Positions 11,901 to 25,346 of a stretch of DNA of 64,000 nt are shown here, piece by piece. Numbering within the stretch: position 1 is the stretch's first letter; every line of letters begins with the position of its first letter. The DNA lies in NCBI GenBank assembly GCA_043228905.1, contig JBHGNT010000009.1:15314001-15378000 (forward strand). The letters are read 5' to 3'. Below the pieces are notes generated by a model. It ran no database searches. It saw only the letters and a program-made list of their open reading frames with translations, and was not told where the DNA came from. The DNA is from Azolla caroliniana. Lineage: Eukaryota; Plantae; Polypodiophyta. The position numbers and the translations under genes are program-made.

Positions 11901-14046
11901 CTTTATCCAGCCAGTGAAGAAAGCCACTTGGCTAAGTCCAATTGTCGTAGTACCGAAGAAGAATGACAAGATCTGTGTTTGCATGGATTACCGGAAATTG
12001 AGCACAACAACGGTTATCGACGCATTTCTGCTTCCTTTTATGGATGGAGTTTTAGATGTGGTAGCCGGGCACAAGGTTTATAGCTTCCTCGATGGTTTCA
12101 GCGGATGTAACCAAATAAGGATGCACCCGGACGATCAAGAAAAGACGGCGTTCGTGATAGAATGGGGAGTCTTTGTAGCAGTTGTAATGATGTTCGAACT
12201 CAAGACAATGCCGACAACCTTTCAGAGGATTATTATGGAAGTATTTGGAGAATTCATACTGGCATTTATCCAGGTATTCCTGGATGACTTCGCGGTATAT
12301 AGCCGGAAAGGGGAACATCTCGACCATCTTAGGTTATGCTTGGAAAAGTGTAGAGGATACCGGTTAAGCTTAAACCCAACAAAATGCGTCTTCGATGTGA
12401 CCAACGACACATTGTTGGGTCATATTGTTAGCAAGGAAGGGATTTCCGTGGACCCGGATAAGGTCAAGGCTATTTTGTAGGCACCGGCACCGACGACTGC
12501 CAAGGCTTTAAGCCGGTTCTTAGGATAGATCCAGTGGCATAATCGGATGCTCCGGTACTTGGCAGACCTCACCACACCACTACACGCAGTTGTACACCGG
12601 ACACCGTTTAAAAGGATAGATGAAGAGGACAAGGCTTACCACGCACTCAAGGTAATGTTGTCACAAGCACCAGTGGTACAACCCCCGGACTGGTCAAAAG
12701 AGTTCCATGTCTTCATGGACGCGTCAGATATCGCAATCGACATTGTACTCATGCAACTTACCGAACCTAAGTGGTATCGGCCGGTGTACTATGCTAGCCG
12801 GAAGCTATCAAAGGAAGAGTGAAATTATTCCACTACGGAAAGAGAATTCCTAGGCATGGTATACAATGTCACCAAATACCGTCATTATTTGTTGGGCCGC
12901 AAGTTTTCATTACATGTAGACCATTCATCGCTTTTATACTTGGTCTCGAAGGCATCACTCACTAGCAACTTGGTTCGGTCGACATTATTATTACAAGAAT
13001 TTGAATTTGAGATCTATCACTGGCCGGGTATACAACATGCGGTTGCCGATTACTTGAGCCGGTTAGAATCCGGAGAGACTGGTGACAGTGTTCAAGATTA
13101 ATTTCCGGATGCCGAATTGTTTAAAATTACAGTGGAAACCACGGTAGATGGGACAATCGCGGATGACGACAAATGGCTAATGAATATGTACCAGTTCTTA
13201 AGCACCGGACTACCCCTAGAGGAGATGAACCGGGATGAACGTAAAGGGTTGGCGTTGCAAAGCCTACACTTTTGTCTAGTGTAGGATACACTGTATCATA
13301 AAGGAGCGGATGACATATGGCGGCGAGCGGTCCGGAGTGATGAAAAAGACACCATTTTACGGGAAGCACATTGTGGGGTCGCCGGAGGACATTATGCTGG
13401 AGAAGCTACGACAAGGAAAATATGGCACAACGACTTATTGTGGCCAACGACACTAAAGGACTCGGTTCGATATACGAAGGAATGTGATCTGTGTCAAAGA
13501 ATGGGCCAGCTAACGGAACAATCACGCACGCCACACCAGCTGGTACTACCTCTGGAGCCATTCCAGAAATGGGGGCTGGACTTCGTTGGACCATTCAAGC
13601 CACCGACAATGCGAATCGGCAACAGGTACATAATTGTCGCCACAGATTACTATACAAAATGGGTGGAAGCCAAGGCACTACGTGACAATACCGCGACGTT
13701 GATGACAAAGTTCCTATACGAGTACATCTGGTGCCGGTATGGATGTCCAATCAAATTAATCAGCGACCAAGGTGGACACTTCCTCGGACAAGTGGTGGAA
13801 AACCTAACAACATTTTATGCAGTTGTACACAAGCGAAGCACCCCTTATTACCCGTAGGCCAATGAATTGGCCGAATCCACCAATAAAACTCCGCAGAACA
13901 TTCTCCGGAAGATTTTCAATGAGAACGGAACTGATTGGGATACAAAGCTGCACAACACATTATGGGCTTACTGGACGGCATACAAAACAAGTATCCGGAC
14001 AACACCATTCCGGTTAGCGTTTGGTCTCAAAGCGGTGATGCCAATA
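8913..14046 (+). pseudogene. A1 gag-pol (gag, CCHC knuckles, PR, RT, RNase H, integrase N-part)
   Basis: PYPYPKYHDDPDAEAHV; IVDGRSGLNVIS; WLSPIVVVPKKN..FLDDF; FHVFMDASD; [12 protein letters not shown]. Many stops. Confidence 0.93.
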
Positions 14047-14337
14047 TGTTAAGCAGCAAGCTCAACCGGATCCGGATCGGCATCCGGAAGGATGAGCCGG
14101 ATCGGTGAGCAAGTGAGCCGGTGAGCTGGGGATCCGGTTAGCCGGATCCATTAGTAACCGGAAGCCTAGTAGCAGCCTAGACTACTAGGTAGTTAATGTC
14201 TCATAGTTAGTGTCAGACGCTTGTGTGAGCATTGAAGTACACCGTACTTTTGTCAGTCCGTATGGACTTGTATAAAAGTGTTCACTAAACACATACAATG
14301 TACAGATTGAGTATTATTTTTGAATTGAGTTTTGTGT

Positions 14338-14372
<35 letters not shown>

Positions 14373-14376
<4 letters not shown>

Positions 14377-15618
14377 CGCCGCTTAGAGGCGGGTAAGCGA
14401 GCATACTATGCATTTGAGAACACATGCAATCTTGGAGATATTAAGTGTTGGGTCCTCAAGAAATATCTTTTTGACACTTTGGTGACACCGGTTCTTCTCT
14501 ATGGGGTGGAGTATGGGGCGGTAGCATCCCTAAATGTATGTGGAAAGAGTTTGAAAATGTCCAAAAGCATTTTCTTACCAAGTTTCTACAAGTTAAGAAA
14601 CAAACGCCCTACACCCTCCTCCTCCTTGAGACGGGATCGCTTCCCATTGAGATCATGGCCATGGAAAGGGTTGTTGAATACATGCTTAAGGTTCAAAAAA
14701 GTCCCTCACATCGACTTCCTAGAATTGCGTGGGAAGCAAGCAAAAAGATCCAAAAGACGCATAAAAGCAAAATTTTGTGTTCCGCTTGGATGCAAGATAT
14801 AGAAAAATGATTTGGTAGATGGGATGCAAGACACTTGCTTCATGATGCATCATTCGATTCCTCTATAAATGAGGCATTTTTGCAACGCCAATGTATCATG
14901 ACATGGGACAAATGTGGAGGCTCACCCTTCACACATTATACTACACATGTTGCGCCTAACTACAAAACCATATTCTTTGCGGAATGGGGAAATTGTACAC
15001 ATCCATACATGTTAGAGCCCATACCGTTATCTGCCATTCGAACCATTGCTTCCATGCGACTTAGCTCACATGCATTGCGATGTGAAATAGGGCGTTGGGG
15101 CACAAGTGATGAGAGTGGTCGGCTATTGACACTTGAAAAAATGATACATGTTACACCTACTGTGATATAGCTGTTAAATGACTTTGAAACTGAAAGAAAG
15201 GAGTATGTTAATGTTTCTGCTCCATAAATACGATTCTTTCTGGATCTTCCTACTAGTATCTCTGTCTATTCCCTATCTAGCTCTTTCGATTCCCATATTT
15301 CTTGCCCCTACACGCGAGGGACTGCCCTAAACAAGTTCGTGAGTTTGAGTATCACACGTTGATACAATGCTCTGCCTTTGATCATATTCGACCATGCTTT
15401 CCACGTCTCTTCGATCGAGCCCAATCTTTGCATGAATTCCTCTCACAATCACAATGTGCACTCTCGATTGCAACATTCATTGGTAAAGCTCTTGAACATC
15501 AAGAGTGACTACTCACTTTCACACGTATCACGTGAAATGTAATATTTTTGGTCTCATAGGTCATATTTGACCTCCGAAGACGATAATATAATCTATCTAT
15601 CTATCTATCTATCTATCT
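14373..15618 (+). mobile_element. 5'-truncated non-LTR retrotransposon (LINE, RTE/RTEX-like) 3' end
   Basis: Post-RT motifs LFDTLVTPVLLYGVE, RLPRIAW, RLSSHALRCEIGRW and C-terminal EYHTLIQC. (ATCT)n 3' tail. Inserted in the (CT)n tract of the Copia C 5' LTR. Confidence 0.85.
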
Positions 15619-15801
15619 CTCTCTGTCTCTCCCCCGTACTGTGTATATTCAAGCTCTCCATTAAACCTGCGTTTCTGTGTTCGGTTTTCTATTGCTTCCT
15701 CACTTTATTCTTTTTACATGGTATCATAGCGTGAGGGTTGAGAACCTTTGCATCCGACATAGCTTGAAAAGAAAACCAACCAAGAAGAACAAGTAAAACC
15801 G

Positions 15802-16173
15802 ATGGATAGAGGCATGGCTAGCTCGCTTCCAACGGAGAAGCTCGATAGAAACAACTACGCGTCTTGGTCCTACAAGATGCACCAGTACCTGCTCGGGCAC
15901 GGTTATTGGAGCTATGTCGATGGAGCAAATGACACAACACCCGAATCGACACACAGAGATTTCCCGGCGTGGGAACAGTCAGCGAGCAGAGTACTGTACT
16001 GCTTCGCGTCTTGTGGGGGCGAACAACTCTTAAGCTACATTCGGGATGCAAAAACGTTGAAAGATGCTTGGGGAAATCTAAAGAAGATTTTCACCGCAAG
16101 CACTACAGCCAGGAAGCTTTAACTCCGACAGGAGCTGAGCAACCTACGACAATGTGACTTGTCGGTGGCAGAC
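15802..16173 (+). pseudogene. Copia C gag N-terminus
   Basis: KLDRNNYASWSYKMHQYL; continues as VAD|YTSKIK after Copia D. Confidence 0.9.
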
Positions 16174-16454
16174 TGTTGGGAACTCAACGCTCCTTATGTC
16201 CAACGCTCGGCCACAACCGAGCTTCTTTTCATACGCAGAAAATGGGAAACAAATGCACGACACGAAGTGAGAGAAGATACACACAATACACAAGAGGTTT
16301 ACGTGGAAAACCCCAAACTAGGGGAAAAACCACGGCAGCCCACAGGCTGCAAACTGTCACTATGTAAGAATGTACAAACAGTGAGTTCATGGAGGCAACG
16401 ACCTCGTGCTCACGATCTTCGCCACAGGCGGCGGTTACAACAGAGGCAACGACC

Positions 16455-16496
<42 letters not shown>

Positions 16497-16654
16497 CAGT
16501 TACGCACTCTCTCTTCTTCTTGCACCAACAAGAAAATGACAACAACAGTCACCAAAAATTTGCCCTAAGTCATATTTATACTAATATGAGTTTTCGGCTA
16601 TTTACAAATGTAGCCTCGATGGGCTCTTGAAACATATTTACGAATATGTCTCTT

Positions 16655-16927
16655 CCTCCGGTTCTCACCAGGTCTGCGTCATCCGGCTCTCCGTAGCCGG
16701 GTGCTCCTCATCCGGTTCTCACCGGGCCTGCACCATCCGGCTCTCTGTAGCTGGGTACTCCTCATCCGGTCTTCACCGGGTCTGTATCATCCGGCTCTCC
16801 GTAGCCGGGTACTCCTCATCCGGTCTTCACCAGGTCTGTATCCTCCGGCTCTCCGTAGTCGGGTACTCCTCATCCGGTCTTCACCGGGTCTGTATCATCC
16901 GGCTCTCCGTAGCCGGGTACTCCTCAT
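16655..16927. repeat. 54-bp tandem repeats in Copia D LTR U3 (also ~21515-21790 and ~58480-58750)
   Basis: About 5 copies of CTCCTCATCCGGTCTTCACCGGGTCTGTATCATCCGGCTCTCCGTAGCCGGGTA. Confidence 0.9.
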
Positions 16928-17029
16928 ACCATTTTGGCCCCGACCGAGTTTGTTCGTCGGCACTGTTCTTCTCCCTTCCCAGTCAGAGGGACCTGTCTCC
17001 CAACAAACTCCCCCTTCACTCCGGCATGG

Positions 17030-20000
17030 GGTGTCTTACCAGTCCGATCCTCTTCCGGCATGTGTCCAGCTTGTCGGGTGTCAGCACTTTGGTCAGCATA
17101 TCTGACCCGTTCTCGGCCGTGTGGATCTTCGTCAGTGCGAACTCTTGGTCGTCTACTCTTTCCCGGATCCAGTGAAACCTCCGCTGGATATGCTTCGTCC
17201 GGAATGGTAGGCCGCATTCTTAGCAAGGTGGATGGCACTTTGACTGTCGCAATAGAGTCGGTATTCCTCTTGCCGTATACCGAGCTCTCCGATAAAGTCC
17301 TTCATCCATAAGATTTTCTTGCCGGCTTCCACAACTGCCATGTACTCCGCCTCCGTGGTTGACAATGCAACCGTCTTCTGCAGCCTCGACTGCCACGAAA
17401 CAGCTCCCCCTGCATATGTCATCACATACCCGAATGTTGACCGGCTGGTATCCACATCAGCCGACATGTCCGAATCGGTGAAACCGTCCAATTGAGGTTT
17501 TCCGGAGCCGAATCGGAGACACATATTTGAAGTGCCCTTCAAATACCGGAGTATCCACTTGACCGCGTTCCAGTGCTCCTTGCCGGGATTAGTCATGAAC
17601 CGGCTCACCACTCCAACTGCGTATCCTATGTCCGGTCGAGTACAAACCATTGCGTACATCAAGCTCCCGACAGCAGAGGCATATGGAATCTTCATCATAT
17701 CCGCCTTCTCCGCTTTCGTCTTCGGGCTTTGCTTGCCGGATAGCCTGCAGTTTGCTGGAAGTGTCGATCTGACCGGTTTCGCTTCTGACATGTTGAACCG
17801 GTGAAGCACCTTTGTCACATACTTCTCCTGTGACAGCCATAATTGCTTCGCTGACCGGTTCCGGATGATGTGCATCCCCAACATCTGTTTTGCCGGACCC
17901 AAGTCTTTCATTGAGAAGGTCCGGTTGAGGGCCTTCTTCAACATCCGTATTTTGACTTGATCCCGTCCGACGATCAACATGTCATCCACGTATAGAAGGA
18001 GTATTAGGAAGTCGCCTCTTTCGAACTTCTTCACAAACACGCAGTGATCGGCCTGCGTCTTGTGGTACCCTTGATCGGTCATGAAGGAGTCGAACTTCCG
18101 GTACCATTGTCGGGGAGCCTGCTTCAATCCGTATAGGCTCTTCTTCAACCGCCATACCAGGTGCTCCTTCCCTTTCTCCACGAAACCTTCCGGTTGCTGC
18201 ATGTAGATCTCCTCTTCGAGGTCGCCGTGAAGGAATGCCGTCTTCACGTCCAGCTGCTCTACCTCAAGATCCATGCTTGCTGCTATACTCAGCACCGTCC
18301 GGATGGACCGGAGCAAATATCTCGTCGAAGTCCACGCCCTTCTTTTGCTGGAACCCCTTCACCACGATCCTGGCTTTGTATCTCGGGGGGTTGCCGACAT
18401 CTCCTGGTTTCAACTTGTACACCCACTTGTTCCGGAGTGCCCGCTTTCCTTTTGGCAACTCCACCAATTCGTACGTATGGTTCTCATGTAGGGAATCCAT
18501 CTCGTCCTGCATGACACTTAACCACTTTCGGGTGTGGGTGTCTTCCTTCGCTTCTTCGAAGCTTTCCGTCTCCCCCTCATCGGTCAGCAGAACATGCTCT
18601 GTATCCGGAAATCTCCGGGGGGCCCTTCTCTCTTTGAGAGGATATCTACGTCTTCGGGCTTCGGTAACCAGCTCCTCGATTTGCTCTTCATCCGAATCTG
18701 ATTCGGGGTCTTGGCCGGTTCCGGTTTCAGCTTCCACTACTTCTTCTTCAGCCTGTTCGGTATCCTCACCGTAACCGGCTGGTCCCTCGAGTGCTAACCG
18801 ATCTCTTGCCGTTTGGGTCTGCTCATCGTAGAGTCGATCTTTACCGGTCGACTCGGAGTTCATTATCTTCTTCTCTGACTCCCAGTCGGCGAGCGTCTTG
18901 TCCTCCATGAAGATAATATCTCGACTCCGGAATACCTTCTTGTCGACCGGATCCCACACTCGGTAGCCGAACTCATCGTCATCGTAACCGAGGAATATGC
19001 ATGGCCGGGTCTTTGGATCTAACTTTCCTCTCCGGTCGGTTGCTACATGCACGTACGCGAGACACCCGAACACCTTCAGATGCCGGTAGGACACTTCCTT
19101 ACCGGTCCATACTCTCTGTGGCGTGTCTCCGTCCAAGGGTACTGAGGGTGATCTGTGTATCACATGTGTCGCCGTCGATAGTGCCTCAGCCCAAAACATC
19201 TTGGGTAGTTTTGCATGCGCTAGCATACTCCGGACCCTCTCCATTATGGTCCGGTTCATCCTCTCGGCCAGTCCGTTTAGTTCCGGCGTCTTCGGCACGG
19301 TAAATTCGAGCCGGATTCCCTTCGAGCGGCAGTACTCCTCGAACTGCCCCCAGTACTCTCCTCCGTTATCTGCTCGAACCGCCTTTAGCTTCCGGCCGGT
19401 TTCTCTTTCCACTCTCGCGTGGAGCTCTTTGAAGACGGATAACACCCGATCCTTCGTCTTCAACGGTGTGGCCCACAACTTCCGGCTGTGGTCATCTATG
19501 AACGTCACGAAGTACTATGCTCCGGCATGCGACTTCGTGTCTACTTGACACACATCCGTATGCACTAACTCTAGTGGTGCATTACGTCTCATCGGTGGCC
19601 TTGGTCGGAAGGAGGTCCGGTTTTGTTTACCGGCCAGACAATCAGTTCACTTCTCCAAGTGCACGTTCTTCACTAGAATGAGGTTGTCGTCTGCAAGCCT
19701 CTTCATCCCCTTCTCGCTCATATGACACAACCTCTTGTGCCACAGCTCACCGGCAGTGTCGGATGCCACGTTCACTTCTTCCGGACATAACCGGGCATTC
19801 ATTAGGTACAGTGTGTTGACCTTCCGGACCCGAGCCACAATCAGGCTCCCTTTGCTGAACTTCATCTAGCCGACCGGCTGATATCAGGTTCAGACGAACC
19901 TCTGGAACGTGTCGGACATGCTTCAACAACAACTTGCATCCGGTTGGTGTCGACAGCCACACGTCTCCTATGCCGACAATTCGGCATGTCCCTTCATTCC

Positions 20001-20994
20001 CCATCCGGACATAGCCGTGATCACCGGCTGAGTAGGATGAGAAGCATTTCCGGTCCGGGGTAAGGTGGAACGACGCTCCGTAGTCGACCACCCAGGTCAT
20101 CTCGTCGCCGACAAGGTTTATCTCACACTCCTTGGTGATGAGCATCAACTCTTCTTCACTTGCCGCGATTGCCGTCGTTCCCTTCCGGTCTTTACCGTTC
20201 CGGTCCAGGGTCCGCTTCGAATCGGTACCGTCGGTTTCCTTGTCTTTACGGAAATGCCGACAGTTCTTTTGGAAGTGCCCCGGCTTGCCGCAATAGAAGC
20301 AAGTGGGCCTCCCCCTTGACTTTGACCGTGTCCCCGACTTCTCCCGGTTCTGGGGACTACGGTTTCTATGTCTTCCGCGTTCCGATTCGGTAAGGTGCGC
20401 TTTGGTGTCGGAGCTCGTATCTTTATCTTTCCGACGCGCCTCCTCATCTAGCAAGCTCGACTTTACTCTTGCTAGGGATAACCGCTTTCCTTCCGGCCCG
20501 GCGTTGCCCAAAGTGACAACCAACGTCTCCCAGCTATCCGGGAGGGAACCGAGCAGGAGTAGCGCAAGTACCTCATCGGCGAGAGGTACTTCCAATGAAA
20601 TTGCCTGGTGAATCAGCCCCTGGAAGGCATTCATGTGCTCCGCCATGCTGGAGCCATCTTGGTACCGGAGTCTTACTAGCTTCCGGAATACCGAAACCTG
20701 GTTAACAACATTTTTGTTTTGAAACATTATGCCGATCTTCTCCCAGAGCTCATGAGCCTTGCTCTCTTCATTGAAGTTGTTGTACAGGCTCATGTCGATG
20801 AAGCACCGTATGTACGCCGTTGTCTTCATGTGCATCACCTCCCATATCGCGGCGTCGATTTTGTCCGGTCTCTTGTTCCCGAACTGAACCGGCAGCCAGA
20901 GGTCTTTGACCACGAGCATGTCCCTCATCTTCGACTTCCACACTGAGTAGTTGGAGCCGGTGAGCTTGAACATGCCGCCAAACGATTCGTCCAT
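17030..20994 (-). pseudogene. Copia D gag-pol with small deletions and frameshifts
   Basis: KLTGSNYSVWK; CFYCGKPGHFQKNC; WVVDYGASFH; VRADNGGEY; LYVDDML; FTDSDMS. ORFs 19747-20994, 18264-19508, 17153-18316. Confidence 0.95.
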
Positions 20995-21296
20995 TTTCTG
21001 TGTCGTTTCGCTCTGATACCACTTGTTGGGAACTCAACGCTCCTTATGTCCAATGCTCGGCCACAACCGAGCTTCTTTTCATACGCAGAAAACGGGAAAC
21101 AAATGCACGACATGAAGTGAGAGAAGATACACACAATACACAGGAGGTTTACGTGGAAAACCCCAAACTAGGGGAAAAACCACGGCAGCCCACAGGCTGC
21201 AAACTGTCACTATGTACAAACAGTGAGTTCACGGAGGCAACGACCTCGTGCTCACGATCTTCGCCACAGGCGGCGGTTACAACAGAGGCACCGACC

Positions 21297-21354
<58 letters not shown>

Positions 21355-21872
21355 CAGTTACGCGCTCTCTCTTCTTCTTACACCAACAAGAAAATGACAA
21401 CAACAACAGTCACCAAAAGTTTGCCCTAAGTCATATTTATACTAATATGACTTTTTGGCTATTTACAAATGTAGCCTCGATGGGCTCTTAGAAACATATT
21501 TACGAATATCTCTCTTCCTCCGGTTCTCACCAGGTCTGCGTCATCCGGCTCTCCATAGCCGGGTGCTCCTCATCCGGTTCTCACCGGGCATGCACCATCC
21601 GACTCTCTGTAGCTGGGTACTCCTCATCCGGTCTTCACCGGGTCTGTATCATCCGGCTCTCCGTAGCCGGGTACTCCTCATTCGGTCTTCACCAGGTCTG
21701 TATCCTCCGGCTCTCCGTAGCCGGGTACTCCTCATCTGGTCTTCACCGGGTCTGTATCATCCGGCTCTCTGTAGCCGGGTACTCCTCATACCGTTTCGGC
21801 CTCGGCCGAGTTTGTTTGTCGGCACTGTTCATCTCCCTTCCCAGTCGGAGGGACCTGTCTCCCAACACAGAC

Positions 21873-24742
21873 TACACCTCCAAAATCAAGGACATTTGCG
21901 ACTCTCTGGCCTCCATCGATGTGAATATCAAAGAAGCCGATATGGTGCAAATCTGTCTTGGAGGTTTGGCATCAAAGTTCGGAGTGTTCTGAACTATTGT
22001 GTGTACAAGGGAGAATACGCCGTCATTTTTCGACTTACAATCAATGATCCTTGTGGAGGAGAACCACGCCGGTGTGTTAACAAGTGCACCCACCGACAAC
22101 CGGATGTTGTACATGGAGGCGGATCAGCCCCGTGGGCGTGGTGGACGAGGCGGGTCGACTCGCAATGGTAGCAACTGGCAAGAGCAGGACCGAAGGCACA
22201 GAGAACGTGCCGACAACAGTTTCGGACCCTCCACAAGCAGGGGGAGTCAAGGCGGTGCCCGAGGCCGGCAAGCAAAGGTCGACACGGAATGCTGGTACTG
22301 TGGTGAAAAGGGCCACAAAGAAAGCGAGTGCTGGAAGAAGCACGCCGATTCAGACAGATCTAGATCCGACAAAGCCAGCAAGGAGAACCGACAATACTCG
22401 CACTATGTAGAAGGATCAGGAGGATCCAAAACCGGAAAAGCCGATAAAGGGCCAGCCTTGGTGATGAAACATGAGGCTAACTCGATGGAGAAGACCACTT
22501 CCGAATCTGAGGAAGTGTGGTACGTTGATTCCGGTGCGTCGAATCACATGAGGAGCCACAAAGAATGGTTCTCTTTCTTGGAGAAACCGGAACAACCGGG
22601 AGTCGTCGAAACTAGAGACGACACTCCTCACCCAATCATGCATATCGTAGAAGTCCCTTTGAGCCACGTTGGACAGAAGGGGAAGCTGATGAACGTATTA
22701 CACATTCCGACTATCACGAAGAATATGGTGTCAGTCAATCAGATCGTTGACCAGGGGATGCAGGTGCGGTTTATGCACCTTGGGTGCTTCATCGAGGAAG
22801 GGTGTAGAGAAGGGAGGATGTTCATCCTCGACACCAATGACGTCGGCACCGCTTTGCTCGCCAAAGGACAGAAGATTGAATCGGATATTGATCTTTGGCA
22901 CAAGAGGATTGACCACGTCAATTACCGGAGGCTTCAAGACCTGCAAACGAAACAAGTTGCTTTCAGTTTGCCGAAGTTAAGTGGCCGAAAGGCCCAAATA
23001 TGTGAAGCCTGCCAACTTAGGAAGCAACACCGGCTTCCATTCCCCACTGAACGAAACCGTAGCCATAACAAGCTCGACCTGGAGGACACATTACTTACAG
23101 ATATGGAGAGCGGAACCTGCAAAGCCTGGTTGAACGGGAAATGGAGAGGAAGATCAAGTGCTTGCGATCGGATGGCGGAAAGGAATATTTTTCCGGCCAA
23201 TTCAACAGTTATCTGTAGCAAAAAGGAATTCGGAGAGTTCAATTGCAGATACACACCGGAGCAAAACAGTGTGGCCGAAAGGAATAACCGGTCGATTGTC
23301 GACGCGGCAAGCGCAATGCTGGAGGAGAAGAGCATGCCCCATTTCTACTGGGTGGAGGCAATCCGGACGGCCGTCTATATCCAAAACCGGATCGGTGATA
23401 AGGTGTCCGCGCATGAGCTGTATTTCGGATGCAAGCCGAATTTGAGACACCTTCGGATATTCGGTAGCATTGCATATGTGCATTTGCCAGATGAGAAGTG
23501 GAGGAAGTTGGATGCAAAGTCGGAGAAATGCATCCTGGTCGGTTACTCGCATGAGCAAAAGGGGTATAAGTGTTATAACCCCCGGACGAAGCAGGTCCGA
23601 GTTAGCCAGGATGTTGAGTTTGATGAGACGACATCATGGTATGCCTTACCGGCTCTGACTTCGGACCCCTACTCGATACCGGAGGATGAGGCTAGTGAGC
23701 CTAAACCGGTCCAGCTAGAAGATGAAGACCTCGACACTCTAGAAGAGAGTCCGATCTCATTTCGGTTAAGTGGACCGAATGAGCGGCTGAGTCGGGATGA
23801 CCAGTCGGATGAGCAACCGGCGAGTAATGGAGACTCTATCGTGCTCTCCCCACGCAAGGAACCGAGGAGACGGTTTACGTGCAAAGAGAAGGGGAAGAAG
23901 AAGATGACGGAATACGAAACCGGCAACGTTGAGTCGAATCGAGGAGAATCCGACTCTAGAAAGGATGAAGGTGGATCTTCGAGAATGAAGTCCGAACTGG
24001 CCAAGAAGGGCCTCAAACCGGGTAACGATAAGTTACACTGGTCTTCCTGCCAGAAGAACCCCGTGAAGCGGTACGGGTACAATGAGTACATGGCGCATCA
24101 CTATGCGTACATGAACAAGGTGGTGGAAGTGCGTGAGTCGGAGAGCTACGCAGAAGCGGCAAGGGACGTAAATTGGCGTGCTGCTATGGAGGAAGAAATG
24201 CGGGCACTTGATGCCAACGACACATGGGACCTAGTTGACCCTCCTTGACACTATAAACCGATCGGATGTAAGTGGGTGTACAAGGTAAAGTACAATGCCG
24301 ATGGTTCGGTTAACCGGTACAAGGCCCGGTTGGTGGCGAAGGGATACACGCAGACCCACGGAATTGACTATGACGAGACCTTCACTCTGGTAGCGAAGAT
24401 GACTACGGTTGATGTGGTGCTAGCGGTTGCTACGGCAAGGGGGTGGCATCTTTACCAGATGGATGTGAAGAATGCATTTCTTCAAGGCGATCTTGAAGAA
24501 GAGGTCTTTATGACCCAACCCCCCAGTTTCCAGTTGGGGATAAACAAGTCGGCGGTATGCCGGCTGAAGAAGTCACTTTATGGCTTGAAGCAAGCCCCCT
24601 GAGCTTGGAATGCGAAGATCACGCACCAGTTGCGTAAGATGGGGTTTGCGGCCTCCAAGTCTGACTCTTCGTTGTTCATCCGGCAAGGTCCGGACGGTCT
24701 GGTTTGCATCTTGTTGTATGTTGATGATTTAGTCATCACCGG
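21873..24742 (+). pseudogene. Copia C gag-PR-IN-RT (internal deletions)
   Basis: CWYCGEKGHKESEC; WYVDSGASNH; KCILVGY; YKARLVAKG; ends abruptly after LYVDDLVITG. Confidence 0.92.
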
Positions 24743-25346
24743 ATCCGGACTCGAAGAAAGGAGCCGAGTCGACAAAGAAAGTTGACACATCCGAGCAAGT
24801 CGGAACAAGCGGCAGTGGCGACAGAGTCAAGAAGGACAGAGCCGATCGGAAGAAGAAGGCCAAGACCCGGACATGGTCCGATGTGGTGAAGGGCTTGGAA
24901 CCAGAAGACGAATCAGGAGCGACCGATTCAGACAAGAGCAGGAAGGAATTGGAGACAGTCGATTCGGTTCAACGACAGATTTGGAAGAACCGGATCAATT
25001 CAAGGCCAAGAGGACGAGAAGATAGCAAAAGTCGACGCCAACATGAAGGAATTGGCGAATCGACAAGCACCGAAGTCACAACAGCGAGGGAGCTGATTTG
25101 GGTCTGTTGAGCAGACAAGCCAACCAAGGAGGTCGAGGTGCGCAGAAATAGAAGGGTCGCTGCAAACGGGACGGGACCAGACGAGGAGCACGAGCGAGGC
25201 GGAGTGATGCCAAAAGGAGCCGGGTGGAAGGACCGGCTGCCATGGAGACTGACACTACGATCCGACCTCAAGTTGAGCTTGAGGGGGAGTGTTGAGCCGC
25301 AAGCTCAACCGGATCCGGATCAGCTAAATAAGCCTGAGCCGGATCG

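Larger units (their letters stand above)
16174..21867 (-). mobile_element. Full-length Copia element D
   Basis: LTRs 21024-21867 (5') and 16174-17005 (3'). TSD CAGAC at 16169-16173 and 21868-21872. PBS iMet (minus) 21010-21021. PPT GAAGGGGGAG just above 17005. Confidence 0.97.

Noticed and set aside
16627-17175. Repetitive 182-aa ORF and similar ORFs at 21455 and 58358
   Set aside because: Translations of the 54-bp LTR tandem repeats.
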